Part shown: positions 26,974 to 34,968 of the stretch, piece after piece
How positions within the stretch are numbered: the first letter of the stretch is position 1
How the letters are laid out: each line of letters starts with the position of its first letter
NCBI RefSeq assembly: GCF_048593235.1
Contig: NC_133618.1
Coordinates: 59,864,478-59,928,477, forward strand
Source: Sminthopsis crassicaudata
Lineage: Eukaryota
Length of the DNA stretch: 64,000 nt
Direction of reading: 5' to 3'
Program-made: the position numbers and the translations under genes
The notes under the pieces: model-generated
What the model saw: the letters and a program-made list of their open reading frames with translations, nothing else
Told to the model about the DNA's origin: nothing
Databases searched by the model: none

Positions 26974-29900
26974 CAATAATAACTGCATAGGCCAGCAAAA
27001 TGAATTCCGACATTAGTCATATCCAAAAATCTATGTCTCTTTCTGCATTTTAAGTTCGTTACTTTTCTGTCAGGAGATGAATAGTCAGGAAGAGATTTCA
27101 TCATCTTTCTTGATGACATGTGGCGGCTTCTCATTGTGTTAATCTAGTTCTAAAGTCTTTCAGGATTGTTTTTCTCTATAAAATTATCATCATAAAAATT
27201 GTTCTCCTAGTTCTCTTTAGTTTGTTCAGTATCTATACATGTAGGTTGTCCCAGTTTTTTCTGAAACTGCCCATTTTATCATTTATTTATACCATCTATT
27301 ATTATAGAATAATAACATTCTATTATATTCATATATCACAAATTGTTTAGCCATTCCCCATTAGGACAACCTCTTAATTTCTCATTTTTGACTATAGTGA
27401 AAAGAGCTGCTATAAATGTTGTGTGTGTGTTTGAATTCTTTTCCTCTTTCTTTGATTAGGTATAAGCTCAATAGTGGCATAACTGGGTCAAAGGTAAGCA
27501 CAGTTTGATGACTAACTTTCTGGGCATCTTTCCAAAATGCTTTTCAGAGTGACTGGGCCAATTTACAGCTCCACCAACAGTACCTTAATCTGTTTGCTTT
27601 TCTACAGCCCTTCCAACATTTTTTACTTTCTTCTTTTATCATCTTTGGGTATCATTGATGGGTGTGAAGTAGAACCTCAAAATTGCATTAGTTTGTATTT
27701 CTCTCACTTTTAGAGATTCAAGAATAAAGCATTTTTTTCCATGTGATTGTTGATAGCTTCAATTTCTTCCTTTGGAAAATCCAGTTTGTCTACTTTGACC
27801 AGTTATCTAATAGGGAATAGTTCTTATAAACTTGAATCAGTTCTTTATATATATTATAAATAAAACATTTATCAAAAAAATTGCTAAAGATTTTTTCCTA
27901 GTTACTTTTTCCCTTCCAATTTTACTACTTTAAATTAATCTATACAAAATTTCTTAAATTTTCTACAACCCAAACTCCATTTTCTATCATTTGTTTATTT
28001 ATGAACTCTTTATCTATAAATCCAGAAGGTAATTTCTTTCTTACTCTTCTAATTTGTTTATGATGAGACCTTTATATTTAGTGCCTGTGCCCATTTGAAA
28101 TTTGTCTTAGAATATGGCGAAAGGTATTGATTTACACCTAGTTACTCCAGACTGTAACTAGTTTTCCTAGAAGTTTTTATCAAATAGTTCTTAACATCAG
28201 GGTCGGTGGATTTATCAGAGACTATTTTATTGCCTTTGTTGGCTTATTGATGATATGTACCTAATATATTCCATTGATTGACTTATCATTTTCAAAGCCA
28301 GTTCCAAATTGTTTTTAATAATTGTTGCTTTATGTATATTTGAGATCTAGTATTGATAAGATCTTTTCTTACTACTTATTTTTTCACTATTATTCCTGAA
28401 ATTTGTATTATTTTTCTAGGTCTTTAAAAAAGACCTAGCATAGTAACAAATAAGTAAATTGATTCAGGGAATATTGTCATTTTATTATATTGGTTTGAAC
28501 TACCCATGAGCAAAGAATATTTCTCCAATTATTTATTTCAATCTTTATTTCTGAGATAATTGGCTATTACAAATTTAACAAAAACAAAACCTATAATACT
28601 CTTCTGAATTTTTTGAGGTGCCATTCCAAGGAATTTTTTTGATCATCAAATAAACATTTATTAAACATTAAACATTAACTGTGCAGAAAGCTGTGCTAGA
28701 TTAATTAAAATACTAATAATTCACATTTTTATAGTTTTACTAAACAAGTCTGACAGAAGTAGTATAAGAAATGCCCCCTCTCCTATCCTCATTCCAATTC
28801 CTTACTAAATTGGATAGTTTTTCAATTTCCTGAAGACACTATCTCCCACAGTTCTCTTCTCTTCTAGGTAGCCTCTCCATAGCACCATGCTTGCTGCCAA
28901 GTTCTGCTGCCCTGGCTTCTTTGGAACCTTACTACTCTAGCTTCCTCCAAGAAGTATATGCCCTTCCTCCTTCCCTACAGTGACCTCTGTACTCCTAAGC
29001 AATGGACTGAGAAGCCAAGAATGTCTGTAGAGATATTCTGACCATCGGCTCAGGACCCCATTAGCCACTAAAATGGGTGTTCTGTGGGATTGATAAGTGC
29101 CAGCTTCGAGGTGCCCAAAGGAGACTGCCTTACTTAACCCCAACTGCCTCCCCCCCAATATAGATGATACTTTCTTGCCATTTTTCTCAGTATCTCCTGC
29201 CTAAGACATCTTGAAACTTTTCATTTATTTGTAATAAAGGGTTAGATGCTTTATGGCTCCAAGTCTTCTGGGTTTGAGGAGCTAGATTTATTGTCAGGGC
29301 CTCCATCTAAAACAGCTGGAATCTTTAGCAGTTGCTCATCCATTCCTCCTGCTAGAGACACTTGGCTACCCTTGGGTTTGGGGGCTGCCACTGGGGACTT
29401 GAGTTTCCTCTGGTGATTTCTGCCTGGCATCCTACCTACCCTAACCTCTCTTTATCTCAACACCAGTCCCTATGTGGCCCAGAACTGACTGGTAAGCCAC
29501 ATCCCCCTCCCCATTTTTAGGTTCTAAGCTATCTCTCTGTAGGTGTCAGGATCTCTCACTCAGTGCCACATTCCTGGTGTCTCAGGTTTCTTGACTTACC
29601 CTCTGTAGCTGCCCTTTTAGTACCCCTCTCTCCCGGGTCCCACTCTGAGGCAGGCCTTCTCCATACTTTCATCCTTAGTCCCTGCCTTTATTCTTTGGCC
29701 CTCACTTATCCCTGGATGTTCCATTCCTCACAGCTGCCCACAAGTGTGAGGCTAAGGTTAAGTAAGTGATGGGGCCCTTTATGTGTTCCCTCAGATAGAT
29801 GTTCGGTATAACATCCCTGTGACAGCTGCCTCCCTCAGCTCCATCAAGAGCCTAAGCCGCAGGCACGTCTCCTGTGTGAGCCTTATCAACGTGGATGGTT

Positions 29901-32900
29901 CTTCAGATGCCAACAGCGTGCTGCAGTCCATATCCTATTACTTGGGCCCGCACCTACAAAGCCTATCTCTGGGTGGGGGCTCCTTGACAGAAGCTTCTTT
30001 TGTAAGGCTCATCATAAGCTGCCCTGGGCTCCAGGTCTTGGACCTCAGTGGCTGCAATAGCCTCTTCATGTCCGGGAAGCTGCTGGACCAACCGGAAACA
30101 GTCCAACAGGTGCAGAAGGCCCTGGCCAACCTCCGGGATCTCAACCTATCTAGCCTACGCCATTTGGCAGACAGCAGCTTCAACCGCCTAAGCAGCTGCA
30201 CCCCAAAACTGGAGCGCCTCTCCCTGGCACGTTGCCACATCACCTTTGACCCTCACCGCAGTCAGTCAGGCCAACCAGGCTCTTCGGCCATCCTTTCCTT
30301 CCCCAACATACTCCACTTCCTGAAGGAGCGAGCCAGTTATCTGGTGGCCCTGGACCTAAGCGGCACAAATCTGACCCCCGCAGCTCTCCATGCACTGGGA
30401 CAGGTGGTGGGACTTCACCTGCAGGAGCTGGTCCTGCGAGGCTGCCGGGACATCTCCACTGAGGCCGTGGGAGGCCTTTGCCGGCAGCAGCGGGGCCTGA
30501 CCAGCCTGGACCTGAGTGGCTGCTCTGAGCTGGCTGACGGGGCCCTTCTGGTTGTGTCCAGGGGCTTAAAGGGCCTGCAGCATCTGCGCCTGGAGAAGCT
30601 GCAGCAGCTGACAGACTCTGGCTTCTCCTCCTTGCACTGGCTGCGGGAACTGAGAAGCCTCGACCTGGGCGAGTGCTGCCGCGTGAGTGGAAGGGAGTTG
30701 GCCAAGGCACTGGAGTTCCCCAGGGGGCCCCCACCCCACCTCACATCTCTCAGGCTAGCCTACTGCTCCTTGCTGAAGGTAAGTGAGCCTCTCCTGGCCT
30801 TCCCTGCTTTCTGGAGGTTCCAGGAGACCAAGTAGGACTTCAGAGAGCTTCCTCTTGAGTTCAGTGACCAAGGCCAACTGCTGAGGGTTTCTGGTCCAGC
30901 ACCACAAGCAAAATCCTCGAGTTTTCTGGTTTTTTCCCCCTATTATGTTAATGCTGGTATCTTTTCTCTGTTGATGATGTCTAATTTATACTATTTCTCT
31001 TTTTTCTTCATAGCTTTTTTTAAAGTATCTTTTCTCTGTTGATGAGCTCTAATTTATATTTCTCTTTCTTCTTCCTTCATATTTCTCTTTTTTTTCCTAG
31101 TATCTTTTCTCTGTTGATGATCTCTAATTTATATTATTTCTCTTTCTTCCTTTATAGCTTTTTTTTGTCTGTTTGTTTTTTCAGAGGCAATTGGGATTAA
31201 ATGACTTGTCCAGGGTCACACAACTAGGAAGTGTTTTAAGTGTCTCAGACTGAATTTGAACTGAGGTCCTCCTGACTTCAGGGCAGGTGCTTTATCCACT
31301 GCACCATCTAACTGCCCCTTGGGTTTTCTGTATTAGTTAAATCAAATGTAGATGAACTTCAACTCCATGAAGAGTTGACTCTTAGGATAATTAGCCCCCT
31401 TCCTCCACAGAAGTCTTCCCCCTTGTTATGCTGCTGCTGTGACACAGAGCCCTAAAAGTAGATGCCAGTGGATGGCCCTTCAGAGGGCTAGCCTCCGTGC
31501 CCCGATCCCAACTACAGTGGTTATGATAGTAACCACACACATGCTCAAATCTTGTTAAGGTCTACAAAGTCCTTTCTTTCCCAGTGTCTGTGAGGGAGGT
31601 GCAAACACTCTTATCCTCATATTGCAGATCAGAAAATTTGTCTCAGAAAGGTGAGATGAAGCTCATCCATGGTCACACAGCTAGTAAGTGATGGATCCAG
31701 ATCTGGTTTTTCTCTGAAGTTCTGCTTGTTGAGATAAAAGAAAGTAGATCAAGGCCTTGGTAATCCTTAAAACCCTTTCTCTGTACATGCTACTTAGATT
31801 TATGACACCAGGTCCCAGCTGTCAGAAACCTACAGTCAGCTTGGGAAGCTAGGATAGAGCTATATAAAAAGGCCCAGAGCTTTATCAAGGATTTGAAATC
31901 TCACATGACCTCTGCCTCTAGGATTCTCTATAGGGGCTCTTCCTGGCCCCAGCCAGCATCCCACGTGCTCTCCTATACCTTCCCTTTCCTTTCCAGGATG
32001 CTTCTGTCATCTCCTTGGCCCAGGGGCTCGGCTCCAGCCTGAAGGTGCTCGACCTGTCATCCTGCATGTCCCTCACCAACAGCAGCCTGCTGGCCATCTC
32101 TGCCAACCTGCCCCAACTCACTGTCCTGCGGCTGGCATGGTGTAAGGAAATCACTGACTCGGGGCTCCTGGGGCTGGCAGATCCAGGCGAGGAGGTGAGG
32201 AGGGTGAGCTGGGAGAGGGGGCAGTGGGAAGTACAACTGGGAAAGTCTAAAGGGAAGGGCCGCAGCCTCTCCTTTTCCAGGATTGGCTTGGCTCTTTTTG
32301 TCCAAGACCTCAGTCTGTACAAAACAGTATGGAGTAGTGAGGAGCGCTCAGAAGACTCCAAAGGGCTCCTCATTCCTAACTGTACAGCCTTAAGCAAAGA
32401 ACTGCTTATTTCAGAGCCTCAGTTTTCTCATTTGTAAAATGGGGATTAAATCTGTTCTCCTTGCCTCCCTGGATTGCTGTCAGGAAAGTGCTTTCTAAAC
32501 TTTCAATCCCTCAAGAAATAGGAGCTATCCAGATGGTTCTGGTCCAACTCCATCCAAGTAGGAGGCCCCTAGCTGGACCTTCCCCACCTAGTCCCCCCAA
32601 CATGAATAGGTACATCCTGCAGCCTCAGCAGCCTTCTAACTATCTCCCCACCCCTTCCCCTTGGCTCTTTTCGCCAGAAGGACAAAGGGACGAAGTTAAA
32701 CAAGAACTTTGGAGACATGGGCTTCTTCCTCCCACAGTTGCCTCCAGAGCCCTTGGCCCACCTCGAGACCCCCTCCCAAGAGACTCCCAACAAGCAGTTC
32801 ACACCCTCCCTGCTCCTGCTGAGGGCTTTGCAGGAGCTTGACCTCACTGCCTGCAGCAAGCTGACAGACAACAGCCTGGCCAAGGTGCAGGGCACATGAG

Positions 32901-33835
32901 GGCAGCACTGGGGAGGAAATGGGAATGGGGATGGTCAAGGGGTAGGGAGCATGAGGGGAACACTGGGGAGAGGAGGGCTGGCTCTCCTGAACAGGGATCC
33001 TGGGTTACTGCAGAAGAGAGGGTTAGGACAAGGACAGAATGAAGGGGTGGAAGGAGCCTTAGGGATGGTCTAAGCCCCTACTGCTCAGAAAACTAACCCA
33101 AAACAAAGAGAAGTGACTTGTCTGGGGGCTCTGGGTCAGACCCCTTGGATTCCCATCCCCCTCGAGCAGTAACTCTGACTCTTCGTCCTCTTCTGTGAAA
33201 TGAGTCCGATAAGATGATCTCTCGGACCCTTTTTAGGCCCCCCTCCTCCCTTCCCCTCCAGACCCCACCACAGAGGACCAATTGAGCCTTCAGGCCAGAA
33301 GGGGCCTCAGTCCAGGCCACTGGCCTGGGACCCCTGGACGAGCCCGGCTGCCCTCTCCGCAGGTGCTGAAGTTTCCCAGACTGAGGCAGCTCTCCCTGAG
33401 CCTGCTCCTGGAGTTCTCGGACGTGGGGCTGGTGGCAGTGGCCCAAGGCTGCCCCGGCCTGGAGCATCTGGCCCTGAGTCACTGTGGCCGCCTGAGTGAC
33501 AGGGGCTGGGCCCGGGCAGCCAGCTTCTGGAGGAGGCTCCAGCACCTCAACCTCTCCAACTGCAACCAGCTCACGGAGCAGTGAGTCACCTCAGGGCCAG
33601 GGGCACACAGGGCTCCGGACACAGGGGTGCGGGTGAGAGTGCGGCACTGACTCCGGCCCCCCACAGGACTCTGGCCACCATCCGAGAGGCCTGCCAGCAG
33701 CTGAAGGTGCTGGATGTGTCCATGTGCCAGGGCATCAGCATGGCCGCTGTGGAGCACTTCCAAGCCCAGCTGCCCCAGGTGACCTGCGTTCAGTCCCGTT
33801 TTGTGGGGGGGGCCGACCTGGCCATGACCCTCTGA
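11370..33835 (+). CDS. LRRC29: Leucine-rich repeat-containing protein 29 (F-box/LRR protein FBXL9), complete, 633 aa
   Basis: Seven exons: 11370-11393 (MAASLPPE, gccATGG), 24259-24360 ([35 protein letters not shown]-box-like), 29795-30778 (cysteine-containing LRRs, e.g. [23 protein letters not shown]), 31997-32194, 32678-32884, 33363-33580, 33667-33835 (…[18 protein letters not shown]). 1902 nt, all GT-AG and in phase. Confidence 0.93.
12744..12873 (+). mobile_element. L2 LINE 3' tail fragment
   Basis: attagattgtaaattccttgagagcag…agcctggcacacaataggcacataataaatgtttatt, the typical L2 3' end. Family assigned by recognition. Confidence 0.65.
13123..13184. repeat. (GT)31 microsatellite
   Basis: Perfect dinucleotide run. 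Confidence 0.97.
14935..15025 (-). mobile_element. RTE-tailed marsupial SINE (MAR1-like) 3' fragment
   Basis: gttgttcagtc…ttttcttggcagaaatactgg…ctatttccttctcc, the reverse complement of the RTE/BovB-like tail. Confidence 0.55.
16131..16310 (-). mobile_element. RTE-tailed marsupial SINE (MAR1-like)
   Basis: ttgttgttcagtccggtctgactc…ggcagaaatactggagtgatttgccatt…tttatagatgagaaac (RTE tail plus CORE domain). Confidence 0.6.
16345..16818 (-). mobile_element. RTE LINE / WALLSI-like 5' region fragment
   Basis: The minus strand reads ggaccaatgacatcaagggg…tgaattggatttaaatgagggagag…, which I recognise as a marsupial RTE-derived element. Not verified by search. Confidence 0.5.
16819..16848. repeat. 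(CA)15 microsatellite
   Basis: Perfect dinucleotide run. Confidence 0.95.
16960..17730 (+). mobile_element. Old L2 LINE remnant (3' ORF2/UTR); its tail resumes near 17990-18060
   Basis: Pyrimidine-rich L2-like text (atcacctcacacctgggctgttacc…, ccttttgtaacc…), interrupted by a SINE at 17733. Confidence 0.6.
17733..17950 (+). mobile_element. MAR1-like CORE-SINE with RTE-derived tail
   Basis: gggtagctaggtggtaca head, ggagtcaggaagac…agttcagatc B-box region, ctcatctgtaaaatgagctg CORE, then a tactccagtatttttgccaagaaa…gaatcagacatgattgaa tail. Confidence 0.7.
18176..19484 (-). mobile_element. 5'-truncated L1 retrotransposon (ORF2 C-terminus, 3' UTR, poly-A) with target-site duplication
   Basis: ORF track 19127-19573 (KLKSFCT…WENIF…[13 protein letters not shown]…[14 protein letters not shown]) and 18610-19197 ([19 protein letters not shown]…[18 protein letters not shown] zinc knuckle) are one ORF2 with a single frameshift near 19175. 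Poly-T on + at about 18178-18196. Exact 14-bp direct repeat taggacttgtaatt at 18162-18175 and 19485-19498. Confidence 0.95.
20150..20355 (+). mobile_element. MAR1-like SINE (CORE plus RTE tail)
   Basis: cccagtttcctcatttgtaaaatgagctggagaaagaaatggcaaac…atagggtcacaaagaattgtatacaactgaaatgactgaacaac. Confidence 0.65.
20499..20783 (+). mobile_element. Short L1 3'-UTR insertion with poly-A and target-site duplication
   Basis: Homologous to the reverse complement of 18180-18540 (gcctgccatct…ggggagggg…aagggataatgtt…aaattacc(c/t)atgcatatgta). A-rich tail. 14-bp direct repeat aaaagaaaagtcta at 20485-20498 and 20784-20797. Confidence 0.9.
22560..23830 (-). mobile_element. Old L2 remnant with a nested L1 3'-UTR fragment (+, about 23285-23560)
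   Basis: Purine-rich antisense L2-like text (gtcattagatttag…ttggtaactttggagaaagcagtttcagtg) flanks an L1-type 3' UTR (gcacaatatgacaaatatggaaatgtg…gaatgttgaaaactatcttta). Boundaries approximate. Confidence 0.55.
26744..26893 (+). mobile_element. WSINE1-like tRNA-derived SINE with A-rich tail
   Basis: ggggcagctagtggcatagtggatagag (A box), gagttcaaat (B box), cacttaacacttcctagctgtgtgacc…cttaaccccagttgcctcagc, then an A tail running into (GA)n. Confidence 0.9.
26894..26969. repeat. (GA)n microsatellite, about 38 units, grown from the SINE tail
   Basis: Perfect dinucleotide run directly after the A-rich SINE tail. Confidence 0.95.
27030..28560 (-). mobile_element. Old, degraded L1 (ORF2 3' end and 3' UTR)
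   Basis: tgtttagccattcccc…gctgctataaat…ctgggtcaaagg…tttacagctccaccaacagt…cagcccttccaaca, the same L1 motifs as at 18750-19080 but without an open frame. A related fragment lies near 24520-25130. Confidence 0.65.
30957..31166. repeat. Imperfect tandem triplication (68-75 bp period)
   Basis: gtatcttttctctgttgatga…tctaatttata…tttctct begins at 30957, 31025 and 31100. Confidence 0.85.
31159..31318 (-). mobile_element. WSINE1-like SINE (antisense)
   Basis: Reverse complement reads ggggcagttagatggtgcagtggataaagcacctgccctgaagtcaggaggacctcagttcaaatt…cttaaaacacttcctagttgtgtgaccctgg…ttgcctctga, then an A-rich tail. Confidence 0.88.
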
Positions 33836-34305
33836 ATAAAAGTTGGTCCCTAAACCCTCTTCCTGGCCCACCTGCAACTTTACTCTCCCCTAGAACCTCG
33901 GTACCCAGCAGGGCTTGGGCACCTCACCACTGGCACCATCTTTCCTGGAGCAAGAGAAGGCCCGGCACAGCTCACCTACCCCTCCTCAGTCAAGGGCTCC
34001 CTTGCCAGGATTGAGGACCCGGAGGAATTGCTTCCTGGTGCTGCCCAAGTCGGGGAGCCCCAGGCTCCTCCCTAGCATTCCCCACTCTGGCTCCCTCAGA
34101 GCCTTTGGCTCCAACAGCCAAGCCCCAACAAGGATGAGGGGCTGCGGCTTTCTTAGGGGCCCGGCTGAGTCCTGGCGTAGAGCGGGTGGGCCCCAGGTTC
34201 CCACCTATTGCCTCCCACATCCCATTTGCCTTATTTTACAAATGGCTCCCTAGCTCCTCGGCACCGTGACCAGCCCTGTACAAAATTCTTTGTGGGGTAT
34301 GCAAG

Positions 34306-34311
34306 AATTAA
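34306..34311 (+). terminator. Candidate LRRC29 polyadenylation signal (ATTAAA)
   Basis: ATTAAA followed about 25 nt later by GT-rich ttgtggtggt. An alternative AATAAA overlaps the stop codon at 33835-33840. Confidence 0.5.
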
Positions 34312-34751
34312 AAGTCTGTGATCTCATCTCTACCTTGTGGTGGTCACAGGCCTTCGAATTGGGAGGGGCCTTAGAGAGCACTCCCTAGATGAGGAAACTT
34401 CTGACCAGGCTGGACCCCAGCCCTAAGTGAGCACTGCCCTGGGGAAAGCCTTTTAGGAGCCCCAGATCTGTTGTCTGGAAGAGGCTTCAGAAGCAGGAAG
34501 AGCCCCACAAGGCTGGCTTTATTTCTCTAGCTGGCCCGGACCCCCCAAAATGATGCCAGGATTCACAGCCAGAGGAAACCGAAGCAAGTGACCTTTAAAG
34601 CCTGAAGAGTGAAAGCAACTTGGCCAGAATCACCAGGAGCAGAGTTGGCCTTTCACCCAGAGCCCAGCCTCCCAGCCCGGTGCTGTCCCCCTTCCCCACA
34701 ACACCCTCTCCCACTCAGCTCAAGGACAGAGGCCTGAGGAATAGGGCTGGC

Positions 34752-34757
34752 TTTATT
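34752..34757 (-). terminator. ELMO3 polyadenylation signal
   Basis: tttatt on + about 210 nt past the stop codon. A second candidate lies at 34518-34523. Confidence 0.65.
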
Positions 34758-34968
34758 GGTTAGTAGTGACCACCCATCGGGTGTCCAGTCATGTGACCAC
34801 CCCTCCCTCTACCCTAATAGCAGCAGATGTGACTTCTTTTTGGGCAGAGGGAGGTGGGGAAAGGGAGGTTCCACCTTGTTCCACTAATTTATCATCCTGA
34901 GACCCCCCAGGAGCCCCGTTGCCTTCCCTGAGAATGAGCTGAAGGAAGAAACCCTCCCCCACCCAGCC

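Noticed and set aside
30971-31125. Repeated TGATGA resembling snoRNA box C
   Set aside because: No matching box D (CTGA) with a terminal stem at a suitable distance; the motif is part of the tandem triplication.
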